Shown piece after piece: positions 39,121-48,163 of a DNA stretch of 64,000 nt (position 1 is the first letter of the stretch; every line of letters starts with the position of its first letter). This DNA is from Planctomycetota bacterium (GTDB lineage Bacteria > Planctomycetota > B15-G4): the NCBI GenBank assembly GCA_029259695.1, contig JAJDEQ010000062.1, positions 4,620 to 68,619 on the forward strand. Direction: 5' to 3'. The notes under the pieces were generated by a model. The model had not been told where the DNA came from. It made no database searches and was given only the letters and a program-made list of their open reading frames with translations. Position numbers and translations under genes: made by a program.

Positions 39121-40965
39121 GTGAATCGGGCCGTGATCTCGCGACTGGTGACGTTCGCCCTGCTGGCCTTGCTGCTGTACGGCGCATGGCAGCTCTATCG
39201 CTGGGCCGTGCGGGAGGAGTTCGCCGGCGTCCCGCGCGCCGTGTCCGGGGCGCTGTACCCGGGCGTCGCCCCCGAAGCGATCGACTACGTGTACCTGCAC
39301 CTCGCCCAGGGCCAGGATCTCGAGCTGCAGCGGGAACCCAGCGGGGTCTGGCGCATCACCGCGCCGACCGAGGAGATCGCGCGCGAGGGTTGGGTGCGTG
39401 TGTTCCTCGAAGAGCTGACCCAGGCCCAGGCCCAGCTGATCGAGAACCGCGGTGACGTCGTGCCGGCCACCGTCGCCGGGCTCGAACCGCCGCGCTTTCG
39501 CATCACCGTGGGCATCGGGGAGCGGCGCGACACGCTGCTGCTCGGCGAGCGCGACCCGTTGGGCAAGTGGGTCTACGCCCGCCGACCCGGCGGGGACGTC
39601 TTCCTGGCCACGGTGAACGTCACCACGCGCTTGCGCTCCCACGCCGAGGAGTGGGTCGAGAAGCGCCTGCTGCGGGGCCTGCGCGGACGCATCACCAAGG
39701 TGCGCGTGGAGAAGCCCGACGGTGTGCTGATCGATGCTGTGCGTCAGGGCGAACGCTGGACGCTGCACGAACCCGTCGCGGCGCTGGCCGACAGCGAACG
39801 CATCTCCCAGCTCGTGCGCAGCCTCGAGTTCGTCGAACAGGAGGAGGTGCTGGCGGGGGTGCCGACCGAGGCGCACTTCGTCGACCACGACCTGCCCACC
39901 GCGGCGCAAGCGGCGCGGGGCGAGCTCGAGGGCGCCACCCGGATCGAGATCGGGGCGCAGGGCGAGGGCACCGTGAGCGCGCTGTTCGCCGCGGGCTGGG
40001 AGCAGCGGCCGGATTGGGTTCCCGCGGTGCGCGAGGACCATGCCAAGTTGCTCGTGGTCGCGCGCGGCAGCCTGAACCTGCTGACCAACGACGCCGCCTT
40101 CTTCCGCGAGCACCGGCTGTTGCCGCCGATCGCCGAGCGGGCCGTCTCGCTGCGCATCGAGCGCGGCGACGAGGTCCTGCTCGACGTGGCCCAGGCTGCG
40201 TCCGGCGCGTGGATCTTCGCCGCACCGGAACGCCTGCGCGGCCAACGGGTCGAATCCGAGCGGGTCTTCGGTCGCTCGGCCCTGGGCGACCTGCTGGCCC
40301 GGGTGGACGGGACCGAGGCGCTCGGGTTCCTCCCGGCGCCCGAAGGCGAACCGCTGGGGCGCGTCTTCGTGGGCTGGGAGCTGGCGGGCAGCGTGCGTCG
40401 TGACCGGGTGGACCTGTACGCGCCCGGTGAGATCGTGCCGGCCCGCACCACCGAACGGCCCCAGGAGGGGCTCGCGTTGCCGCTCGAGATCCTCGAGTTG
40501 TTCGATGAGCAGCAGGCCGACCTGCTGCGCAGCCTGTCCCCCCTGCGCATCGACGACGAGCGCTGGGCGCGCCTGGAGATCAGCTCTCCCGAGGTCGAGC
40601 AGCCGTTCGTGCTCGAGCGCACGCTCCACGTCGGCGGCCTGCCGTCACCCTGGACGGGGGACGACGAGTGGGGCCGCCGCTACGGTCTCGCGCACGACAT
40701 GTTGCGTGGCTTCCGCGGCCTCTCCTGGCGTGCGGCCGCGGACGGCGCCGAGTACCCGTACCGCATCACCTTCCTGGACGGCGACGGCACACGCCTGGCG
40801 GACATCGCCCTGCGCCGTCCCGGTCCGGACGAAGCCGCCGAGGTGCTCGGCACGGCCGCGGCCTACGCGGCGGTGGAGAGCGCCCCGGGTGTGGAGCTGG
40901 CCTTGCGCCTCGATCTGCTCGAACGCTTCGACGAACTCGCCCGGCCGTTCGGCCGCAAGCCCTAG
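39121..40965 (+). CDS. DUF4340-like membrane-anchored protein
   Basis: N-terminal TM; repeated W.I..P...A and 'GLEPPRFRITV..LLLG..VYAR' segments; typical position after GldG. Confidence 0.7.
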   Translation: MNRAVISRLVTFALLALLLYGAWQLYRWAVREEFAGVPRAVSGALYPGVAPEAIDYVYLHLAQGQDLELQREPSGVWRITAPTEEIAREGWVRVFLEELTQAQAQLIENRGDVVPATVAGLEPPRFRITVGIGERRDTLLLGERDPLGKWVYARRPGGDVFLATVNVTTRLRSHAEEWVEKRLLRGLRGRITKVRVEKPDGVLIDAVRQGERWTLHEPVAALADSERISQLVRSLEFVEQEEVLAGVPTEAHFVDHDLPTAAQAARGELEGATRIEIGAQGEGTVSALFAAGWEQRPDWVPAVREDHAKLLVVARGSLNLLTNDAAFFREHRLLPPIAERAVSLRIERGDEVLLDVAQAASGAWIFAAPERLRGQRVESERVFGRSALGDLLARVDGTEALGFLPAPEGEPLGRVFVGWELAGSVRRDRVDLYAPGEIVPARTTERPQEGLALPLEILELFDEQQADLLRSLSPLRIDDERWARLEISSPEVEQPFVLERTLHVGGLPSPWTGDDEWGRRYGLAHDMLRGFRGLSWRAAADGAEYPYRITFLDGDGTRLADIALRRPGPDEAAEVLGTAAAYAAVESAPGVELALRLDLLERFDELARPFGRKP

Positions 40966-40966
40966 C

Positions 40967-41011
40967 CCGGAGTGCTCACCAGCAGGAGCTGGTGAGAAGT
41001 CCGGAGTGCTC
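40967..41011. repeat. 9-bp hairpin flanked by 11-bp direct repeats between convergent genes (terminator-like)
   Basis: CTCACCAGC-AGGA-GCTGGTGAG (40975-40996); CCGGAGTGCTC at 40967 and 41001. Confidence 0.55.
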
Positions 41012-41058
41012 CGGTGCCGCCGGCGGCCCAGGCGTGCCGGATCAAGGCGCCGAACCGC

Positions 41059-41688
41059 TCAGTCCCGCAGCAGGCGCGCCCCGTACTCGGCGATCACCCG
41101 CGGATAGGTCCGGCACTCCGCCTCGAAGACCCGCGCCGCGAGACGCTCCACGTCGTCGTCCGGCAGGACCGGCACGCGCGTCTGGGCCAGGATCGGCCCG
41201 TGGTCGTACTCGTCGTCGACGACGTGCACCGTGCAGCCGCTTTCGCTGTCCCCGGCGTCGAGGACCGCGGCGTGCACGCGATCGCCGAAGCAGCCTCGGC
41301 CTCCGTGCCGTGGCAGCAGCGAGGGGTGGATGTTGAGCATGCGCCCCTCGAGCGCCCCCGGCACCGGGTAGTGCACCAGGTAGCCGGCCATGATCACCAG
41401 GTCGGGGGCATGGGCCAGGATGCGCGCGGTCTGGTGCGCAGCGAAGGCAGCCTTGTCGGGGAAGTCCCGGGCGCGGATGACCTCTACCTCCAGGCCCGCA
41501 TCCCGGGCGCGCTGCACCCCGGCGGCCGTGCGTCGGGAGGAGATGACCAGCGGGACCTCGGCCACGAGCCGCCCCTGCTCAACGGCATCGAGCAGGTTGA
41601 GCAACGTGCGCCCGCCACCCGAGAGCAGCACGACGAGCCGCAGGGGCGTCTCCCGTTCCGCCGCGGCGCTCGGGTGCTCGGTGCTCAT
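41059..41688 (-). CDS. purN: Phosphoribosylglycinamide formyltransferase
   Basis: VLLSGGGRTL, MAGY, NIHPSLLP, SGCTVHVV..YDHGPI. Confidence 0.93.
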   Translation of the reverse strand: MSTEHPSAAAERETPLRLVVLLSGGGRTLLNLLDAVEQGRLVAEVPLVISSRRTAAGVQRARDAGLEVEVIRARDFPDKAAFAAHQTARILAHAPDLVIMAGYLVHYPVPGALEGRMLNIHPSLLPRHGGRGCFGDRVHAAVLDAGDSESGCTVHVVDDEYDHGPILAQTRVPVLPDDDVERLAARVFEAECRTYPRVIAEYGARLLRD

Positions 41689-42008
41689 GACGGGTCGAGC
41701 ACCCGGGCGAGGCGCTCGCGCACGTGGCCCACCGAAGCGTCCGCCACGGCGAACAGCTTCTGCCGGCTCGTGGCTCCCGAGATGCAGCGCACGCGCGACG
41801 GGGCCAGCTCCAGGGCGACCGCCAGGACACGACCGATGCGGTCGGTGGCCTTGCCGCCCTCGGCGCCCACGGTGGTGGCGATCTTGAGCCGGCCGGCGTG
41901 CAGGCCCTGGATGCCCTCCCGGCGCGCACCGGGATGAGCGCGTACCGGGACCAGCACGTCCGCGCCACGGTCGCTCAACTCGTCGAGCCAGTCGCCCACT
42001 TCGCTCAC
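41685..42008 (-). CDS. DUF167 (YggU) family protein
   Basis: VRAHPGARR, LKI....EGGKA, ISGATSRQK. Confidence 0.8.
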   Translation of the reverse strand: MSEVGDWLDELSDRGADVLVPVRAHPGARREGIQGLHAGRLKIATTVGAEGGKATDRIGRVLAVALELAPSRVRCISGATSRQKLFAVADASVGHVRERLARVLDPS

Positions 42009-42129
42009 GCCGGGATGATCTCAGCTCGACCGGGACCAGACCAGCGCTGCTCCCGATGTTTCCCGTCCGGACCCGGGCCCGTGGGCTGCACGGGCCGCGC
42101 CATCACAGCCCGGCGTTGTCGTGCTCCGC

Positions 42130-43785
42130 TCAGTCCTCGCCCTCGAGCGGGATCACCGTGAAGCTGTCGACGTTGGAGACGATTCCCAGGCCGGAGCTGT
42201 AGAACGAGACGGCCTGGACGAAGATCTCGATGCCCGCCGCCGTGGGGGGGAACGGTCCCAGGGCCACGCCACTGATCCCGGCGCCGGGCGCGGTGCCCTG
42301 CACGATCTGCACCAGCGATCCGAGGTCCAGGCCGAACGTGCCCTGGATGATGGGCAGGTCGAGCGAACCGGTGCCGGGGGACGCGAAGGCGAACAGCGAC
42401 GTGGTCGGGTAGGCGAAGATGTTGACCACCGCTTCGCCCGGGATGTTGACGACCGAGATGATCGGGCCCAGGGCCAGGCCGCTCGCACCCGAGCCGACGC
42501 GCGCCCGTCCCTGGCCGCCGAGGGCGAACTCACGCCGCCCGTCGCCGTCACCATCGTTCAGGCCGGCCGTGGCGACGTAGCGGCCGCGCCCGTTGGACAC
42601 CGCCATGTACTGCCCCAGGTTGCCGCCCAGCACGTAGATCTGGAAGTCGACCGAAGCGGCCACCATGTCGACGAAACCGTCGCCGTCGATGTCGCCGATG
42701 TTGGACACGGAGAACATGTGGCCGCCGTTGACGGTCGAACCCTCGCGGCGCCACTCCAGGATGCCCTGACGGGTCAGCACCCCGTTGATCGCGTTGTCGA
42801 ACGAGCCCACGGCGAGGTCGTCGATGCCGTCGCCGTCGTTGTCGCCCAAGAGCGTCAGGGAGGTGACCGCGTCTTCGACCCCGAAGGCCGACCAGAGCTG
42901 GTCGCCGTCCACGCCCGACACCGCGATCAGGCTGGACTCGGGCGCCGAGAACAGGCCGATGACGGCGTCCGGGATCAGGTCGCCGTCGATGTCGGCCACC
43001 GGTTGCACCGTGGTGCCCGGACCGGGCAGGGCGATGCTCCAGAGCACGCTCCCGTCCGCACCATCCAGCAGCCGGGCGAACGGCGACTGGTCGCCGCCCA
43101 CGGCCAGCACCTCGCGCCGACCGTCGTTGTCGAAGTCGGCCAGCGGGACCGCGTCGTAGGTCACGTCGCCCGCGGGGTGCATCCAGACCAGGCTGCCGTC
43201 GCTGCCGTCCAGCAGCGCCACGCGGTCGGCACCGGCACCGGCAGACACCAACACCGCCGGCGGTGCTCCGTCCGTGACGGGCTCCACCATGCGCACGGCG
43301 TGGACCGCCACGCTCACGCCCGGTTGCAGGTCGACGCTCCAGGCGAGCGTCCCGTCGGAGGCGTCACGCACTTCGACCGAACCGCCCATGTCGGTCACGC
43401 CCGCGGCCAGTCGGCCCTCGGCGGCGTCCAGGCAGCGCAACGAACGCAGGCCCCGACCGCCATCGCCCGCCACGACGGACCAGACCACGGCACCGCTGCG
43501 GCTGTCGAGCACTTCGAGCGTCGGCAGCGCACCGTGCGTCGTGTAGCCGAAGGCGGGGTCGGACGCACCGTCGCCGGTGACGTCGCCCACGTCCACCACG
43601 TCCCACGCGGTGCGGGTGCTCGGCGCGGCGAAGAGGAACTCGATCGGGGCGCCGATCGGCAGCGCGAAGATGTCCTCGTCGAGGGGCTGGTGCAGCACCG
43701 CTTCGATCGACGCGGTGACGAGGTCGTCGTCCCCCCCGGGGATGCCGGGCAGGACGGAGAGGGTCAGCAGGAGGGGCAGCAGCAT
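42130..43785 (-). CDS. Secreted FG-GAP/PQQ-like beta-propeller protein with distinct C-terminal domain
   Basis: Signal peptide; alternating DxxGDGxxD repeats and 'LDG.DGS.LW' blades. Confidence 0.8.
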   Translation of the reverse strand: MLLPLLLTLSVLPGIPGGDDDLVTASIEAVLHQPLDEDIFALPIGAPIEFLFAAPSTRTAWDVVDVGDVTGDGASDPAFGYTTHGALPTLEVLDSRSGAVVWSVVAGDGGRGLRSLRCLDAAEGRLAAGVTDMGGSVEVRDASDGTLAWSVDLQPGVSVAVHAVRMVEPVTDGAPPAVLVSAGAGADRVALLDGSDGSLVWMHPAGDVTYDAVPLADFDNDGRREVLAVGGDQSPFARLLDGADGSVLWSIALPGPGTTVQPVADIDGDLIPDAVIGLFSAPESSLIAVSGVDGDQLWSAFGVEDAVTSLTLLGDNDGDGIDDLAVGSFDNAINGVLTRQGILEWRREGSTVNGGHMFSVSNIGDIDGDGFVDMVAASVDFQIYVLGGNLGQYMAVSNGRGRYVATAGLNDGDGDGRREFALGGQGRARVGSGASGLALGPIISVVNIPGEAVVNIFAYPTTSLFAFASPGTGSLDLPIIQGTFGLDLGSLVQIVQGTAPGAGISGVALGPFPPTAAGIEIFVQAVSFYSSGLGIVSNVDSFTVIPLEGED

Positions 43786-43896
43786 GGGCGGTGGGGAGGG
43801 GAGGGAGCCTCGTCGGCGACACGGGCTCGCAGGGCTTCCGCCTGCTCGCGTCGCAAGTGAGCGACACGTCGGGGCAGCGGGCGGCGAGGGGCCGTT

Positions 43897-44586
43897 CTAG
43901 TGTACAGCGAAGTCGGGATCCACGAGGCGACGTCCCACCCGCACCAGGGTGGCGCCCTCCTCGACGGCGATCGCGAAGTCGTTGCTCATGCCCATGGAGA
44001 GCTCCGGGAGGGCGATTCCGACCTCGGCGGCGATGCGCTCGCGCAGCGCCGCCAGGCGGGCGAACACCGGTCGTGTCGCCTGCACCTCATCGACCTGCGG
44101 CGCCATGGTCATGAGCCCCACGAGCCGCAAGTGCTGCCGGCCGGCGGCCCGTTCGGCCGCGTCCAGGGCGGTGGTGGGCGTCAGGCCGGACTTGGAGGCC
44201 TCACCCGAGACGTTGACCTGCAACAGGACGGCGGGCCGGCGACCCTCCTCCCCCGCGATGCGATCGATGCGGTCGATCAGCCCGGGTGAGTCGACCGAGT
44301 GGATCACGTCGAAGTGCTTCACCGCGGTGCGCACCTTGTTGCGCTGCAGGTGTCCCACGAGGTGCCAGCGGAAGGCATCGGCATGGCCCTGCATGCGCTC
44401 CCGGACGGCCTGCACGCGGCTCTCACCCACATCCTCGAGCCCTGCGGCCCGGGCCTCGGAGAAGATCGTCGGCGGCGCCGACTTGGTGATCGCCACGAGG
44501 GTCACGTCGCTCCCCCGGCGGCCGGCGCGGGCGGCCGCGGCGTCGATCAGCTCACGCACTGCAGCCATGCGTCCGGCGAGGTCCAT
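43897..44586 (-). CDS. yggS: Pyridoxal phosphate homeostasis protein
   Basis: LVAITKS, GESRVQ, WHLVGHLQRNK, GLMTMAP, LSMGMSNDF..AVEEGAT.VRVG. Confidence 0.93.
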   Translation of the reverse strand: MDLAGRMAAVRELIDAAAARAGRRGSDVTLVAITKSAPPTIFSEARAAGLEDVGESRVQAVRERMQGHADAFRWHLVGHLQRNKVRTAVKHFDVIHSVDSPGLIDRIDRIAGEEGRRPAVLLQVNVSGEASKSGLTPTTALDAAERAAGRQHLRLVGLMTMAPQVDEVQATRPVFARLAALRERIAAEVGIALPELSMGMSNDFAIAVEEGATLVRVGRRLVDPDFAVH

Positions 44587-44593
44587 CGGGCCC

Positions 44594-44599
44594 AAGATA
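44594..44599 (-). promoter_or_regulatory. -10 element 7 nt upstream of the yggS ATG (likely leaderless)
   Basis: Minus strand TATCTT-gggcccg-ATG; no SD. Confidence 0.45.
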
Positions 44600-44664
44600 G
44601 CGTGGCGGAGCCGTCAGCGAGCATGCGCGTCCGGCACAGCCCCGAGCTTCGGGGCCGCTCGGCC

Positions 44665-44694
44665 TTGACCGGCTTTCCGGCCCGCAGCTAACGT
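44665..44694 (+). promoter_or_regulatory. Promoter for 44702..45757 (likely leaderless)
   Basis: TTGACC-18 bp-TAACGT, 7 nt before ATG. Confidence 0.55.
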
Positions 44695-44701
44695 CCCTCG
44701 C

Positions 44702-45757
44702 ATGAATCTCATGGCCGCCGTGCTCCTGCTCGCGATCCGTCTCGCCGAGCCCCTGCCCCTCGCTGCGCCCGAGGCGCGTCTGGTGCCTGCCTGGCAGGCG
44801 GGTGTGGGCGACGCGCGTTCCGCCACGCTGGTGGCGCTGCACCGGGTGGAGCCGCTGCTGTTGGTGGAGGACAGCCTGTACGGGGTGACGGCGTTCGATC
44901 CGCGCACCGGCAAGGTGCGTTGGTTCGTGCAGCACGACGGCCCCCTGGATCTGCCGCCGGTGGCCTCCGCCGAGGGCGTGCTCACGCTCGCATCCCTGAC
45001 GCATCTCATCGTGGTGGAGCTGGCCACCGGTCGAAAGCTGTACGACGGACGGGTGACCGCCGTGCCCGCTCTGAGTCCGCTGTCGGACGGGCGCGCGCTC
45101 TACATCCCGTCGCTCGTGCGTCATCGCGTCGTGACGCTGGACCTGAGGAACGGTCTCGAGAGCTGGCACATCGCCATGCCGCAAGCGTTCACGGGGACCA
45201 GTCTCCAGGTGGGCGACGGGCTGGTCGTGGGTTGCGCGGACGGGACCGTGCGTTCGATCAGCATGCAGCTGCTGGGCGGCTCGCAGCGCTGGCGGGTGCA
45301 CACCGGTCGCACGACCGGCGCGCTCGTGGCCCACCGCGGTCGCGTGCTGCTCAGCGCCGGGCACAGCGTGCTGGCATTGGAGGGGGAGAGCGGTCGTGCC
45401 CTCTGGCGACGGACCATGCCGTCGGCCCTGACCAGTGGCCCAGTGGTCGTGACGACGCTCGGCGCCGCGGACCCCTCTGCCGCCGATGCCGTCATCGCGG
45501 TTGCCGGAGGCTCCGAGCTGTACGGCCTCGCGGCGGCCAGCGGCGAGCCGCTCTGGACCGTCGAGGAAGCCGCACCGCGCGGCGCCGCCTTCGGCCTGTT
45601 GCTCACGGCCGAACCCGACGGGAGCTGCGCCCTGCGCGAGCCGCTCACGGGCGCGAAGGTCGCGGCGGCGTTGCCGGGCGACCTGCGCGCAGCCGGGCCG
45701 GTGCTGGTGCACATACCCGATGGGCGCAGCGTCACGGCCTGGCAACTCTCCCGCTGA
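44702..45757 (+). CDS. Secreted PQQ-like (BamB-like) beta-propeller protein
   Basis: Signal peptide; repeated AFDPRTGKVRW / ALEGESGRALW / LAAASGEPLW. Confidence 0.78.
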   Translation: MNLMAAVLLLAIRLAEPLPLAAPEARLVPAWQAGVGDARSATLVALHRVEPLLLVEDSLYGVTAFDPRTGKVRWFVQHDGPLDLPPVASAEGVLTLASLTHLIVVELATGRKLYDGRVTAVPALSPLSDGRALYIPSLVRHRVVTLDLRNGLESWHIAMPQAFTGTSLQVGDGLVVGCADGTVRSISMQLLGGSQRWRVHTGRTTGALVAHRGRVLLSAGHSVLALEGESGRALWRRTMPSALTSGPVVVTTLGAADPSAADAVIAVAGGSELYGLAAASGEPLWTVEEAAPRGAAFGLLLTAEPDGSCALREPLTGAKVAAALPGDLRAAGPVLVHIPDGRSVTAWQLSR

Positions 45758-45821
45758 GCTCGCGCCGGGACGGGTCGAGCGCCGGCGAACGGCGCTCCGG
45801 GACCGTCAGGGATCGGTGGCG

Positions 45822-46904
45822 TCAGAGATAGAGCGGCGTGCGCGCCAGGGCGGCGAGCACACGCGCCGCGGGCGGTCGCGGATCGAGCGCATCGTGGGGC
45901 ATGTGCAGGCCGTGTGCCGTGACCCGTGCCTCGATCGGGCGCGGGCTCGCGGGCAGGCTCCAGTTCCCCGCCCGGGTCCCCTGGAGTTCACGGATCAGGG
46001 CGCGGCGGACGTGCACCCGGCGACGCTCGCACAGGCACGGACCGAGCAGGCGCAGCACCTCGGCCAGATGACCGCTCCAGGCATCCTCGTCCGCCGGGCA
46101 AGGCGCGTTCCCCGGGGCGCCGCCGGGGGCTGACAGGGCGGCCGGGTCGAGGCGGCTGCCCAGACCCTCGGCGTGCAAGTGGCGTTCGAGCGCGCAGCAC
46201 GCCCCCCGGACGCGCCGGGCCAGGCGCCGGCGAGCGTTGGCGCGCAGGCTCAGCAACTGCTGCCGCTCGCCGCGCAGGTCGGCCAGCAGTGCGCGCACGC
46301 GGTTGCGCGGGATGGTCGCGTCCCGGTTGCTCTCGTCTTCGCGGTGGGGCAGGTCACGCGCGAGCCGGTAGTGCTCGAGGTCCTGCCGGGTCAGCGGGGT
46401 GGGGCCGCTCGAGAACGGGCGGGCCAGCACGACCCGATCGTCGAGGGGACGCAGGTTGGGGATGCCGCAGCGGGCCCGGTCGCCTGTGTGGCCCCTGGCC
46501 AGGTGCAGCAGCAGGGTCTCGAGATCGTCGTCGAGGTGGTGGGCCAGCAGCACGGCGCTGGCCCCGGTCGACTGGGCGGCGCGCGCGAAGGCCGCCATGC
46601 GCCGGCGGCGGGCCGACGTCTCGCTGTGGGCCCCGTCGTCCGGGCCCGGCAGGGCCTGCTCCAACAGGAACGGCAGTCCGGCCGCCTGGGCCTGTTCGCG
46701 TACGAAGTCCGCCGTGCGGGCGCTCGCCGCCTGGAGCCCGTGGTCGACGTGGAGCACCACGGGGCTCGGCTCGAGCACGTGTCGAGCTGCCTCCAGCAGG
46801 GCCATGGAGTCCGAGCCCCCGGACACGGCGAGCAGGGTCGGGGCCCCCTCAGGGAGCGCCGCCCGGGCGAAGCAGCGGAGCCGGGTCTCGGCGGCGTGAT
46901 CCAT
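45822..46904 (-). CDS. tilS: tRNA(Ile)-lysidine synthetase (short, divergent C-terminus)
   Basis: AVSGGSDSMAL PP-loop, HVDHGL, ETSARRRR, AHHLDDDLET, EDESN, RNRVR. Confidence 0.85.
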   Translation of the reverse strand: MDHAAETRLRCFARAALPEGAPTLLAVSGGSDSMALLEAARHVLEPSPVVLHVDHGLQAASARTADFVREQAQAAGLPFLLEQALPGPDDGAHSETSARRRRMAAFARAAQSTGASAVLLAHHLDDDLETLLLHLARGHTGDRARCGIPNLRPLDDRVVLARPFSSGPTPLTRQDLEHYRLARDLPHREDESNRDATIPRNRVRALLADLRGERQQLLSLRANARRRLARRVRGACCALERHLHAEGLGSRLDPAALSAPGGAPGNAPCPADEDAWSGHLAEVLRLLGPCLCERRRVHVRRALIRELQGTRAGNWSLPASPRPIEARVTAHGLHMPHDALDPRPPAARVLAALARTPLYL

Positions 46905-46933
46905 GGTCCGGCGCACTCCCACGGCCGGGCCGC

Positions 46934-46961
46934 TTGCTGCGGTCGGGCTCACCGCTAGAAT
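46934..46961 (+). promoter_or_regulatory. Sigma70 promoter for gap
   Basis: TTGCTG-16 bp-TAGAAT; GGGAG SD downstream. Confidence 0.5.
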
Positions 46962-47024
46962 GCGCCCCGTTTGGCCCCGGGCTCAAGATCCCTCTTCCAC
47001 GGCACCTCTCGCAGGGAGTTTCGC

Positions 47025-48029
47025 ATGACCATCAGGATCGGAATCAACGGTTTCGGCCGCATCGGCCGCACGGTCATGCGCATCGCGGAGCGTCGCCCGG
47101 ACACCGAGGTCGTGGTCATCAACGACCTCTCCTCGCCCACGGCTCTCGCGCACCTGTTCAAATACGACTCGGTCATGGGTCCGTTCGACGGAACCGTAAC
47201 GGGTCGCGAGGGCGCCCTCACGGTCAACGGCCGCGAGGTCAAGGTGACCGCCGAGCGGGATCCCAAGGCCCTGCCGTGGAAGAGCGAGAAGATCGACTTC
47301 GTGGTGGAGGCCACCGGCGTCTTCCGCACGCGCGAGGCGATCGCCGGTCACCTCGCCGCGGGCGCACCCAAGGTGCTGCTCACCGTGCCGCCCAAGGACG
47401 CGATCGACGCCATGATCGTGATGGGCGTCAACGAGGACGACCTGCGCCCCGAACACCAGATCATCTCCAACGCGTCGTGCACCACGAACTGCCTGGCGCC
47501 GGTGGCCAAGGTGCTGGTGGACTCGTTCGGCGTGCGCTCCGGACTGATGACGACGGTCCACGCATACACCAACGACCAGAAGATCGCCGACCAGATCCAC
47601 TCGGACCTGCGCCGCTCGCGGGCCGCCGCCCAGAACATCATCCCCACCACCACCGGTGCGGCGAAGGCGGTGGGCAAGATCATCCCGGCCCTGGCCGGCA
47701 AGATGGACGGCATGGCCATGCGCGTGCCGGTCATCGACGGCTCGGTGATCGACCTGGTGGCGGTGCTGGAGAAGAGGGTCACGCGGGACGACATCAACGC
47801 CGCCGTGAAGGCCGCCGCCGAGGGCCCCATGAGCCACGTGCTCGAGTACACCGAGGACCCGATCGTCAGCAGCGACATCATCGGCAACAAGCACTCGTCG
47901 ATCTTCGACGCGCTCTCGACGATGGTGATCGACGACAACATCGTGAAGGTCATCTCCTGGTACGACAACGAGTGGGGCTACAGCGAGCGCGTGGTGGACC
48001 TGCTCGAGAAGGCGCACGGGCTCGGCTGA
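47025..48029 (+). CDS. gap: Glyceraldehyde-3-phosphate dehydrogenase type I
   Basis: GINGFGRIGR, SNASCTTNCLAP, WYDNEWGYS. Confidence 0.98.
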   Translation: MTIRIGINGFGRIGRTVMRIAERRPDTEVVVINDLSSPTALAHLFKYDSVMGPFDGTVTGREGALTVNGREVKVTAERDPKALPWKSEKIDFVVEATGVFRTREAIAGHLAAGAPKVLLTVPPKDAIDAMIVMGVNEDDLRPEHQIISNASCTTNCLAPVAKVLVDSFGVRSGLMTTVHAYTNDQKIADQIHSDLRRSRAAAQNIIPTTTGAAKAVGKIIPALAGKMDGMAMRVPVIDGSVIDLVAVLEKRVTRDDINAAVKAAAEGPMSHVLEYTEDPIVSSDIIGNKHSSIFDALSTMVIDDNIVKVISWYDNEWGYSERVVDLLEKAHGLG

Positions 48030-48163
48030 ACCGTTCGGCCCGGCAAGGCCTGACCCGCGGGCCGGGTGGGGCGCGGGTCTCGACGTGGAACGAGCAGGAA
48101 ATCGCGAGGGCACCCGGCCACGGGCCCGGGCCTGGGGGCGCACGGGCTGGAGGAGGTGAACGC

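Noticed and set aside
40970-41011. CIRCE element (GAGTGCT half-sites)
   Set aside because: Half-sites are direct rather than inverted and lie between convergent gene ends
45926-48163. Apparent 746-aa N-terminal extension of pgk
   Set aside because: Arg/Gly/Pro-rich off-frame reading across tilS and gap; true start at 48164 has a GGAGG SD
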